This document shows positions 28,599 to 38,213 of a stretch of 64,000 bases of DNA, piece after piece (the stretch's first letter is position 1; the number at the start of each line of letters is the position of its first letter). Below the pieces are notes generated by a model, which searched no databases, had not been told where the DNA came from, and saw nothing but the letters and a program-made list of their open reading frames with translations. The stretch covers positions 1,024,001 through 1,088,000 of the forward strand of contig OZ243938.1 of assembly GCA_965214095.1 (NCBI GenBank). The letters are read 5' to 3'. This DNA is from Candidatus Poribacteria bacterium. Lineage in GTDB: Bacteria > Poribacteria > WGA-4E > WGA-3G. The translations under genes were made by a program, and so were the position numbers.

Positions 28599-28663
28599 TA
28601 AAATACATATACCTATTTAAAAACACTAACTTAAAACTAAAAAATAGAAGGAAACAAAACTAA

Positions 28664-31600
28664 GTGAATAACAAACACCCAATATATATACGCCTACTGA
28701 CAATTATTGTGATTATATGGAAAATCCTCGGAATACAACAAACAACAAACGCAAGTATTACACCCGTCAACGAACGTACTCAACAAGTTCAAGACGCTAT
28801 CGTAGCTGCAATCCCAGATGTAACATCTGCTGACGATGTTACCGAAACTCAACTTGAAACAATCACAGCACTCAATCTACGTGACGAAGGTATTACTGCC
28901 CTCCAATCAGGCGATTTTTCAGGAATGACCGCATTAACAAATATCAATTTATATGACAACAATCTTAATAATTTACCTGATGGAATTTTTCAAGGACTTA
29001 CTGCACTTACTACACTTCGGTTAGGTAATAATACCGTGAATCCTATGCCAATTGTCGTCTTCTTAGAGGAGGATAATCAAAGCCAGTTTAAAGTTGTGAT
29101 ACCGACTGGTGCGCCTTTTGAAGTTACATTCCCGATCAACGCAACAAACAATGGTGTTACCAGTGAGGTGGAATCTGTAACAATTCCAACCGGAAGTTCA
29201 GAGAGTGAACTCTTCACAATTTCCACAACGCAAGAAACAACAAATACACAGACTGTTCAAATTGGCACATTACCAACGCTACCCCGAAATCACTATGGAT
29301 ACACATTCGCGCGTTCAATGACATGCAACCGTACACCTGCTGTGCTACGCGCAATCCTCAATGCTATTTCTGGTGTAAACGAATGCGGGGAAATAACTGA
29401 TGAACACCTTGCTACTATTGATACGCTCAACTTAGAATATGCAGGACTCTCAGAACTTAGATCAGGTGATTTCGCGGGATTAACATCTCTGAGGACTCTA
29501 TACCTCGGCAACAACAACCTGACAACTTTACCTGCAGACATCTTCTCAGACTTGTCAAACTTAAGAGATCTTTACATACAAAGTAATAAATTGAACTCAC
29601 TTCCAGAGGATGTGTTTTCGGGTCTTTCTTCAATAAGGCAACTCAATCTACATAGTAACCAATTGACTGCACTTCCGAAAAACCTGTTTTCAGGATTAGA
29701 TACGCTGACACAGATTTTTGTGAATAACAATCGTTTGACAACACTTGATCCTGATATCTTCTCAAATGTATCAAACCTAAGGTATTTTTACATAGACAAC
29801 AATAGACTAACGACTATACCTGAAAGTATATTCGCCAATATTACATCTCTTGAACAACTTCTATTGAATAACAATCGGTTAGGGACATTACCACAAGGTG
29901 TATTCCGTGGAATGTCAACACCCACGCTGCTTTGGATTCATGTCAATCCAATTATTACATTACCATTGACGATAACTCTGGAGAAGGTTGAGGAAGGCCA
30001 ATTCAAAGTTGTCGTGCCATCAGGAACGCCAATCGATTTCAGACTTCATTTTACAATCACAAATGGAACACTGAATACGGAATCTAATGTTATAACAGTT
30101 GCAGCAGGAAGCGTGGAAAGTGATGTTCTTACTGTCACGAAAACAGAGGGTACAACTGATGCAGTTTCAGTTGATTTTGACATTCTAACAACTATACCAA
30201 GGGACCATCTTGGTTACGAACTTGTTAAGTCGGCAGACTTACCTTTAGAAGTCATCAGTGGGATTAACTTGGCTCCAGTCTTTACAGAAGGTGAAACAAC
30301 AACACGTACAGTGTCGGAGAACACTGCTGCGAATGTGAATATTGGAGATGCTGTTACCGCAACTGATGCCAATGATGATAATTTAACATATACACTCGGT
30401 GGGACAGATGCTACAACCTTTGATATTGATACCTCAACCGGTCAACTCAAAACAAAAGAACCACTTGATTATGAAACAAAGAATGTGTATACAGTTTCTA
30501 TTTCTGTTTCTGATGAAAGTCTAACGGATAATATTGCTGTCACGATTAACATTACTGATATAGATGAAACCATACCAAACCGTGCACCAAGTTTTACTGA
30601 TGGAGAAAGCACAGATCGCAGCGTTGCAGAGAATACGGTTAGTGGTGTTAACATTGGTACTGCTATTGCTGCTACTGATCCTGACGGTAATACGTTAACT
30701 TACACATTGAGTGGCACAGATGCTTCATCCTTTGATATTGATGAATCATCAGGACAACTCAAGACAAAGGCAACACTTGACTATGAAACAAAGGACGTTT
30801 ATACAATCACGGTTACCGTGTCGGATAGTAGTCTTACCGATACAATAAGTGTAACGATTAACATCAATAACGTAAATGAAGCTCCAGTTTTCACTGAGGG
30901 AAACACCACAGTTCGGTCTGTTGCAGAAAATGCTGATGTAGGTACAGACATCGGAACACCAGTTGGTGCAACTGATGAGGATGGAAACTCACTCACATAC
31001 ACAATCGGTGGTACAGATGCTGACATCTTTGACATAGTAGACAGTAGCGGACAACTGAAAACAAAAACTACTCTTGATCGTGAGAGTAAGTCTACTTATG
31101 CTATTACAATCACTGTAACCGATGATAGTCTGACTGACATAATAAATGTTACGATCATTGTCAGTAATATTAATGAAGCACCTGTCTTCACGGAAGGTGA
31201 AAGCACTAATCGAACAGTCGCTGAAAATACGTTGGATGGCGTAGAAATCGGTCCAGCAGTAACCGCCACAGATGTTGATGGAGACACTTTAATCTATGAT
31301 ATTTCCGGTGCTGATGGAACTATCTTTGAGTTAGAGAATACAACCGGTCAATTAAAAACAAAGACATTACTTGATTTTGAAAGTCAATCTATATATAAAG
31401 TCACACTCACTGTCACTGATGGGGAACTGACCGATTCAATTGAAGTCACTATAACCGTTACAGATATAGATGAAACCGTTCCAAACCGCGCACCAACTTT
31501 CACTGATGGCGAAAGCACCACACGATCTATTCAGGAGAATACGGCTACAGGTGTAAACATTGGTAATGCTGTCGCTGCCACCGATCCGGATGGTAATACA

Positions 31601-34600
31601 CTTAATTACTCACTCGGTGGAACTGATGAATCATCGTTTGACATTGAAGCTGCTACGGGTCAATTGAAAACGAAATCGTCATTAGACCATGAGACCAAGG
31701 CTTCATATTCAGTAACTGTTAGTGTTTCAGATGGCGAACTATCGGATACTATTGATGTTACTATTATTGTCACAGATATTGACGAAACACCTGCGAACCG
31801 TGCACCTATATTCTCTGAAGGCGAAAGCACAACACGAACAGTAGTTGAAAATACTGAAGCAGGAAATAATATAGGCAATACAATATCTGCCATTGATGCT
31901 GATGGGGATTCTTTGTCATACACCCTCGGTGGAACAGATGCAACTTCTTTTGACATTGTAAACATGACAGGACAATTGAAAACAAAGGCTGCACTTGATT
32001 TTGAGACAAAAAAAGCTTATACAATAACTGTTACTGTCACTGATGGAAATCTTACAGATATTATCAACGTTACTATTAACGTTAGTAATGTCAACGAGGC
32101 ACCATTCTTCACAGATGGAGAAAAAACCACTCGATTAATCACTGAGAATGCTGCTGCAGACGTCAACATTGGAACGCCAATTGCTGCAACAGATCCCGAT
32201 GGCAATTCATTAACATACACGCTCAGTGGAACGGATGCTACTTCTTTTGACATTGTAAAAATGACAGGACAATTGAAAACTAAGGCTGCACTTGATTACG
32301 AAACAAAAAACGCCTACACAATAACTGTTACGGTTACTGATGGTGAGTTAACAGACACAATAACTGTTGATATAAATGTCACTGACATAGACGAAACAAT
32401 TCCAAACCGCGCGCCAATATTCACAGAGGGTAACAGTACGACTCGAACAGTTGCAGAAAACACAGTAACTGGAACAAACATCGGGGATGCTATCACCGCA
32501 ACTGATGCAGATGAAGACACACTGACATATACACTTGGCGGTACTGATAACACTTCCTTTGATATTGACCCAACAACCGGACAATTGAAAACAAAATCTG
32601 AACTCAATTTTGAGACAAAAAAGGCTTATACAATAACTGTTACGGTTACTGATGGTGAGTTAACAGACACAATAACTGTTGATATAAATGTCACTGACAT
32701 AGACGAAACAATTCCAAACCACGCGCCAATATTCACAGAGGGTAACAGTACGACTCGAACAGTTGCAGAAAACACAGTAACTGGAACAAACATCGGGGAT
32801 GCTATCACCGCAACTGATGCAGATGAAGACACACTGGCATATACACTTGGCGGTACCGATAACACTTCCTTTGATATTGATACAACAACCGGACAATTAA
32901 AAACAAAAGCTGAACTTAACTATGAGACTAAGAAATCATATTCAGTTTCTGTCACCGTCTCGGATAATGTCATTTCTGCTACTATTGATGTAACCATTAA
33001 CATCATTGATATAAACGACGCACCTGTGTTTACAGATGGTACTGAAACAACCCGATCAATACTTGAAAATACTGTTTCTGATGTAAATATTGGCACTCCA
33101 ATATCAGCGACAGATGCGGATGAAGACACACTGATATATACCCTTGGCGGTATAGATGCAAGTTCATTTAGTATTGAGAGAACGACTGGACAATTAAAAA
33201 CCAATGCAGCACTTGATCATGAATCAAAGTCATCATATTCGGTAACAGTCTCTGTTTCCGATGATGATGCAACCGCCGAAATCTTAGTCACAATCACTGT
33301 CACAGACGAAAACGAAGCACCTGTGTTCTCCGAAGGTGAATCCACGACGCGTTCAGTCGCAGAGAATACTGATTCAGGAGAGAATATCGAGGCTCCTGTT
33401 TCTGCAACAGATGACGACAATGACACGTTGGAATATGCACTGAATGGAACAGATTCATCTTCGTTTAATATTGATAGTACGACTGGACAGTTGAAAACCA
33501 GTGCAGCCCTTGACTTCGAAGCAAAGAAGTTGTTTTCAGTGACAATCTCTGTCACTGATGGCAAGGGAGGTTCCGATTCTATCTCTGTTACCATCAGTAT
33601 CACAGATATAGACGAAAACACATCAAGACCAGAATTTACAGGTGTCTGCGATAGAACCCCACAAGTCAGAGATGAAATTGTTAGGGAAGCAGGTGTTACC
33701 GATTGCAGCGAAGTAACTGCAGAACACCTCGCAGCAATTACAATATTCAACCTTCAAGACAAATCCATTACTTCTCTAAAATTAGGTGATTTTGATGGAA
33801 TGTCAAACCTTAAGACACTCAGACTATGGGATAATCAACTTACATCCCTACCTGAGGACATATTTCAACCGTTAACCAGTATGACACGGTTGAAGTTGGA
33901 AAGAAATCAACTGACTACATTGCCAGAAGACATCTTTGATGGGTTGACTTCACTGGAATCCATCTGGCTACAAGCAAATAAAATCACCAGTTTACCAGAA
34001 GACATCTTTGATGGATTGACTTCATTGGATTTTATCACAATTACTGAAAATAAACTTTCCAGCTTGCCAGAGGATATTTTTGATGGGTTATCTTCACTTA
34101 CTTTACTTACTATGGATGCCAATCAAATAACCAGTATACCAGAAGACCTGTTTGATGGAATGTCATCCTTAATGCGTCTATATATAAGTAAGAATAAAAT
34201 CTCAACGCTACATGTGGATGTATTTGATGGATTGACATCACTAAAGACTATCAGTCTTGGTAGCAATGATATTACGAGCATCTCAAAAGAACATTTTGAT
34301 GGTTTGTCCTCGCTGACAAATATTGGCTTGTCTGCCAATGAACTTACAAGTCTGCCAGAAGATCTGTTTGACGGTAAGTCTGCATTGGAAAGACTGAGTT
34401 TACAAGTAAACAAATTTACAACTTTACCAGAAGATGTGTTTGATGGACTATCCTCACTCAAATATCTGTACTTACAACATAATGAAATCACAAGTCTACC
34501 GAGTGATATCTTTGATGGATTGTCTTCACTAACTAATCTTGATCTGAATAGCAATAAATTTACGAGTTTACCAGAAGATATATTTGATGGGTTGTCATCA

Positions 34601-35503
34601 TTGAGTCGTCTTGAATTACAATGGAACAGAGAACTTACGAGTTTACCAGAAGATATATTTGATGGATTGTCATCACTGGAAGATCTCGTATTGCATAATA
34701 CAGCACTAACAAGTCTACCTGCTGATTTATTTGATGGATTGTCATCTCTGACGGATATTGAGTTATATGACACACAAATTACGAGCTTACCAGATGGTAT
34801 ATTTGACGGGTTGTCATCTTTGACAACACTTACCTTTGCCAAATTCAGAAATGAGATTCTATCTTTAACGGTTTCTCTTGAAAAAGTTGGAGACAACCAG
34901 TTCAAAGCTGTTATGCCTGTCGGTGCTCCATTTTCAATAGAATTACCCATCAGTGTAACGAATGGGAGTATCAGTGGAGAGGCAACGTCTGTAACGATTT
35001 TGACAGGCAGTGTTGAAAGTTCGCCTCTATCTATAACCCGAACATCTGGCACAACTGCTGCAGTTACCGTTGATATAGGCACGCTACCCAGTATACCTTC
35101 ATCACATAATGGATACATACTTGCCAAATCTGCTGATCTACCATTGGAAGTTTTGAGTATTGTGGCGAGTGCACCGACCATCGTCAGCAACAGCAACCAT
35201 CAAACACCAAAAGAAACATCTCTGCTATCAAACTATCCAAACCCGTTCAATCCAGAGACATGGATACCGTATCAGTTAGCAAATCCTGCTGATGTCTCAG
35301 TGACTATTTACAACATACACGGTCTCGTTGTGCGACAATTTGCGTTGGGTCGTCAACCGAAAGGACTCTATCATAATCGTAGTAAAGCTGTATATTGGGA
35401 TGGTCGGAATACGTTTGGTGAACGTGTTGCGAGCGGTGTGTATTTTTATAAGTTGAATGCAGGTGATTATTCGGCGACACGCATTATGTTGATAAAGAAA
35501 TAG
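28664..35503 (+). CDS. Giant secreted LRR/cadherin-repeat protein with FlgD-Ig/T9SS-like C-terminal domain
   Basis: Three LRR blocks, 11 cadherin repeats (APxF...EN...ATDxD...LDYE), SNYPNPFNPETWIPY tail. Confidence 0.92.
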   Translation: MNNKHPIYIRLLTIIVIIWKILGIQQTTNASITPVNERTQQVQDAIVAAIPDVTSADDVTETQLETITALNLRDEGITALQSGDFSGMTALTNINLYDNNLNNLPDGIFQGLTALTTLRLGNNTVNPMPIVVFLEEDNQSQFKVVIPTGAPFEVTFPINATNNGVTSEVESVTIPTGSSESELFTISTTQETTNTQTVQIGTLPTLPRNHYGYTFARSMTCNRTPAVLRAILNAISGVNECGEITDEHLATIDTLNLEYAGLSELRSGDFAGLTSLRTLYLGNNNLTTLPADIFSDLSNLRDLYIQSNKLNSLPEDVFSGLSSIRQLNLHSNQLTALPKNLFSGLDTLTQIFVNNNRLTTLDPDIFSNVSNLRYFYIDNNRLTTIPESIFANITSLEQLLLNNNRLGTLPQGVFRGMSTPTLLWIHVNPIITLPLTITLEKVEEGQFKVVVPSGTPIDFRLHFTITNGTLNTESNVITVAAGSVESDVLTVTKTEGTTDAVSVDFDILTTIPRDHLGYELVKSADLPLEVISGINLAPVFTEGETTTRTVSENTAANVNIGDAVTATDANDDNLTYTLGGTDATTFDIDTSTGQLKTKEPLDYETKNVYTVSISVSDESLTDNIAVTINITDIDETIPNRAPSFTDGESTDRSVAENTVSGVNIGTAIAATDPDGNTLTYTLSGTDASSFDIDESSGQLKTKATLDYETKDVYTITVTVSDSSLTDTISVTININNVNEAPVFTEGNTTVRSVAENADVGTDIGTPVGATDEDGNSLTYTIGGTDADIFDIVDSSGQLKTKTTLDRESKSTYAITITVTDDSLTDIINVTIIVSNINEAPVFTEGESTNRTVAENTLDGVEIGPAVTATDVDGDTLIYDISGADGTIFELENTTGQLKTKTLLDFESQSIYKVTLTVTDGELTDSIEVTITVTDIDETVPNRAPTFTDGESTTRSIQENTATGVNIGNAVAATDPDGNTLNYSLGGTDESSFDIEAATGQLKTKSSLDHETKASYSVTVSVSDGELSDTIDVTIIVTDIDETPANRAPIFSEGESTTRTVVENTEAGNNIGNTISAIDADGDSLSYTLGGTDATSFDIVNMTGQLKTKAALDFETKKAYTITVTVTDGNLTDIINVTINVSNVNEAPFFTDGEKTTRLITENAAADVNIGTPIAATDPDGNSLTYTLSGTDATSFDIVKMTGQLKTKAALDYETKNAYTITVTVTDGELTDTITVDINVTDIDETIPNRAPIFTEGNSTTRTVAENTVTGTNIGDAITATDADEDTLTYTLGGTDNTSFDIDPTTGQLKTKSELNFETKKAYTITVTVTDGELTDTITVDINVTDIDETIPNHAPIFTEGNSTTRTVAENTVTGTNIGDAITATDADEDTLAYTLGGTDNTSFDIDTTTGQLKTKAELNYETKKSYSVSVTVSDNVISATIDVTINIIDINDAPVFTDGTETTRSILENTVSDVNIGTPISATDADEDTLIYTLGGIDASSFSIERTTGQLKTNAALDHESKSSYSVTVSVSDDDATAEILVTITVTDENEAPVFSEGESTTRSVAENTDSGENIEAPVSATDDDNDTLEYALNGTDSSSFNIDSTTGQLKTSAALDFEAKKLFSVTISVTDGKGGSDSISVTISITDIDENTSRPEFTGVCDRTPQVRDEIVREAGVTDCSEVTAEHLAAITIFNLQDKSITSLKLGDFDGMSNLKTLRLWDNQLTSLPEDIFQPLTSMTRLKLERNQLTTLPEDIFDGLTSLESIWLQANKITSLPEDIFDGLTSLDFITITENKLSSLPEDIFDGLSSLTLLTMDANQITSIPEDLFDGMSSLMRLYISKNKISTLHVDVFDGLTSLKTISLGSNDITSISKEHFDGLSSLTNIGLSANELTSLPEDLFDGKSALERLSLQVNKFTTLPEDVFDGLSSLKYLYLQHNEITSLPSDIFDGLSSLTNLDLNSNKFTSLPEDIFDGLSSLSRLELQWNRELTSLPEDIFDGLSSLEDLVLHNTALTSLPADLFDGLSSLTDIELYDTQITSLPDGIFDGLSSLTTLTFAKFRNEILSLTVSLEKVGDNQFKAVMPVGAPFSIELPISVTNGSISGEATSVTILTGSVESSPLSITRTSGTTAAVTVDIGTLPSIPSSHNGYILAKSADLPLEVLSIVASAPTIVSNSNHQTPKETSLLSNYPNPFNPETWIPYQLANPADVSVTIYNIHGLVVRQFALGRQPKGLYHNRSKAVYWDGRNTFGERVASGVYFYKLNAGDYSATRIMLIKK
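32312..32909 (+). repeat. Near-identical 312-bp tandem duplication (one cadherin unit)
   Basis: 32312-32597 and 32624-32909 differ at only a few positions. Confidence 0.9.
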
Positions 35504-35593
35504 TACTCATGGGTGTTATATACATTGAATTAAATTCGTTTATCAATTAACATGTATTAGGAGAAAGATTGCATGTATTAGGAGAAAGAAATC

Positions 35594-36616
35594 TTGTCAC
35601 CCACTTCAAATGTTCGCATTGCCTTCTACGGATGCGGTAATTTCGCTAAAAAAAACCGAATTCCGAACCTTTTGCAGTTGGATTCCGTTAATATAATTGC
35701 CGTGTGTGATAGTAATATGGAAACAGCACAGGAAGTTGCTGAACAGTTTGACGTTCCAAATATCTATCACAGTGAAAATGGTGGTGCACACGAAATGTTG
35801 AATAAGCATGATTTCGATGTGCTTTATTCTATTGTGCCTGCTTATGTACGGACAGATGTTGAGGTAAACGCCGCAGAAAAGGGAATCCATATATTCAGTG
35901 AAAAACCACAGGCAATCAAGATGCAAGTTGCTAATCGTATTGACAAGGCGATTCAACATGCAGAAGTTATTAGCACTGTTGGGTTTCGCGAACGTTATCG
36001 TCCAATCTTCCAAAAAGCACGTGATTTTTTGATGGATAAAACCATCGTGCATGTGCGTTTTGTAAGCTATGGAGGATTGCCAGCCAAAGCAGAGAGTTCA
36101 CCAAAAACGTGGTGGGCAGACATGAATAAATCGGGCGGACGCGCACTTGATTGGGGTGTCCATGCTACTGATTATAGTCGCTTTATGACAGGTTTGAACG
36201 TATCTAAATCGCAAGCGTTTTATTGTGAAAGATCTTCATATAACACACCGTTATCGTGTATATTCAATTACTCCTTTGAAAACGGTGCGACTATGACACT
36301 CAACTTTATCTCTGCAGGAGCAAGTCCGAATAATGAACCGTGGTTTACAGTTTTCTATGAAGGTGGCTATCTCGCAATCTTCCGCTACGATAGAATAGAG
36401 GTAAACGGTGAATTGTTCTATCAAGCAGAGGAATTCAACCCGTGGTTAGAACAGGATAAAACCTTTATTCGTGCTGTTCAGACTGGTGATGCAAACATTT
36501 TACAAAGCGATTATCACGACGGTTTATTTTCTTTAGCACCTGTTCTGGCAGGCTGGGAATCAGCACGTCGTGAAGGAGAATGTATTGATATAGATACGTT
36601 CATGGATATTACTTAA
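35594..36616 (+). CDS. Gfo/Idh/MocA oxidoreductase
   Basis: GCGNFA, EKP, DWGVH. Confidence 0.88.
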   Translation: MSPTSNVRIAFYGCGNFAKKNRIPNLLQLDSVNIIAVCDSNMETAQEVAEQFDVPNIYHSENGGAHEMLNKHDFDVLYSIVPAYVRTDVEVNAAEKGIHIFSEKPQAIKMQVANRIDKAIQHAEVISTVGFRERYRPIFQKARDFLMDKTIVHVRFVSYGGLPAKAESSPKTWWADMNKSGGRALDWGVHATDYSRFMTGLNVSKSQAFYCERSSYNTPLSCIFNYSFENGATMTLNFISAGASPNNEPWFTVFYEGGYLAIFRYDRIEVNGELFYQAEEFNPWLEQDKTFIRAVQTGDANILQSDYHDGLFSLAPVLAGWESARREGECIDIDTFMDIT

Positions 36617-36642
36617 CTATTTTTCAATATAGAGGATTTATT

Positions 36643-36858
36643 ATGGATGCAAAACTGAAGAAGATACAGATTACACCAATGAAGTTTGATAAAGATGGAG
36701 ACGTTCAAAAAGAGGAATTCGCTACACTCACAATTGAAGTTCCTATGGATAGTGCGGTGCAACGTGAAGCTATCGTCTCAATACTACAACTTCTTAGCAG
36801 AGAGTGGATTGTTATGGAAATTGAGAGCAAGTCACCTGGGGCAGTCGGTACATCTTAA
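36643..36858 (+). CDS. Small hypothetical protein (71 aa)
   Basis: GAGGA RBS, protein-like composition. Confidence 0.6.
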   Translation: MDAKLKKIQITPMKFDKDGDVQKEEFATLTIEVPMDSAVQREAIVSILQLLSREWIVMEIESKSPGAVGTS

Positions 36859-36883
36859 ACTATTGTTCTGTCTACACTAATCT

Positions 36884-36967
36884 TGTAGGTCGGGTAGAGG
36901 CACGACACCCGACCTACAGTCCTTTGTAATCAATAAAGTCGGGTTTCGTGCCTCTACCCGACGGACA
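36884..36967. repeat. Inverted pair of GTAG-type REP hairpins
   Basis: GTAGGTCGGGTAGAGGCACGACACCCGAC ... GTCGGGTTTCGTGCCTCTACCCGAC. Confidence 0.8.
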
Positions 36968-36993
36968 ATGTCCGAATGGACACTCCACTAGTC

Positions 36994-38142
36994 ATGAAAA
37001 AAAGTTATCTCTTTACACCAGGTCCAACACCAATTCCACCAGAAGCGTTGTTAGCAATGGCACAACCCATTGACTACCATCGAAGCGATGATACAGTTGA
37101 CCTGATTAAAGATGTTTTGGAAAAATTGAAGCATGTTTTCCAAACAGAAAACGATGTCCTATTCTTGACATCATCTGGCACTGGAGCAATGGAAGGTGCT
37201 GTTGCAAACCTACTATGCAGAGGAGATAAGGTCATCGTAATTCGCAGCGGAAAATTCGGAGAACGGTGGGCAGAAATTTGTGATGCTTATGGCGTTAATG
37301 CAATTCCTATTGATGTTAGATGGGGAGATTCTGTTGCACCTGAAGCCGTTGAATCGGGGTTATCCTCACATCCTGACGTAAAAGCAGTTTTCGCAACACT
37401 CTGTGAAACTTCCACAGGAGTATTGCATGACATAGAAGCACTCGCTGGTATAACACAACGCACATCAACTTTGCTTGTCGTTGATGCTGTTAGTGCACTC
37501 GGGGCAGATGATTTGCAGATGGATAGCTGGGGAGTTGATGTTGTGGTATCATGTTCACAGAAAGGACTGATGACACCACCCGGACTTGCTTTTGCTGCAC
37601 TAAATCAACGTGCATGGGACGCGACAGAAAAGTCAGATCTGCCGAAATACTACTTAGACTATCGTAAGGCACATCAAAGAGGATTAGAAGGTTCAGTTCC
37701 CTACACTCCAGCAGTTACGCTTCTAATTGCATTACAATGTGCGTTGAACCGTATTTGTGCCGAAGGAATCCACAATACAATCAGTCGCCATAGTCTAATG
37801 GCAGAAGCAACACGAAATGCTATTAAAGCCATCGGTCTTCCACTGTTTGCCTCATCACCCGCGAACACATTAACATCAATCCGTTTACCGAAAGAAATTG
37901 ATGGTAAGGCATTCGTGAAGATGATGAGAGAAAGACACGGTGTCACTTATGCGGGTGGACAAGGTGACTTGAGTGGTAAGATTGTCCGGATCGCGCACCT
38001 CGGTTGGATGAATGAAAACGATGTTATTGTTGCCATATCTGCTTTTGAGAGGGGTTTGATGGAAATAGGTTACGATGTTGAAATTGGTGCAGGCGTAGCA
38101 GCAGCACAGGATATATTCACAAAGTTGACAAATACAGAATGA
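36994..38142 (+). CDS. Class V PLP aminotransferase (serine-pyruvate/alanine-glyoxylate type)
   Basis: TPGPT, SSGTGAME, ETSTG, DAVS, SQKG, RIAHLG. Confidence 0.9.
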   Translation: MKKSYLFTPGPTPIPPEALLAMAQPIDYHRSDDTVDLIKDVLEKLKHVFQTENDVLFLTSSGTGAMEGAVANLLCRGDKVIVIRSGKFGERWAEICDAYGVNAIPIDVRWGDSVAPEAVESGLSSHPDVKAVFATLCETSTGVLHDIEALAGITQRTSTLLVVDAVSALGADDLQMDSWGVDVVVSCSQKGLMTPPGLAFAALNQRAWDATEKSDLPKYYLDYRKAHQRGLEGSVPYTPAVTLLIALQCALNRICAEGIHNTISRHSLMAEATRNAIKAIGLPLFASSPANTLTSIRLPKEIDGKAFVKMMRERHGVTYAGGQGDLSGKIVRIAHLGWMNENDVIVAISAFERGLMEIGYDVEIGAGVAAAQDIFTKLTNTE

Positions 38143-38213
38143 CTATAAAGATATATGCAAAGCGAATAGTCTGATTTTTCTTATGTTTGATAAACCTATT
38201 TTCTGGAGACACA

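Noticed and set aside
29293-35196. Long antisense ORFs within the giant gene (e.g. 34123-35196)
   Set aside because: Shadow frames produced by repetitive codon usage on the coding strand
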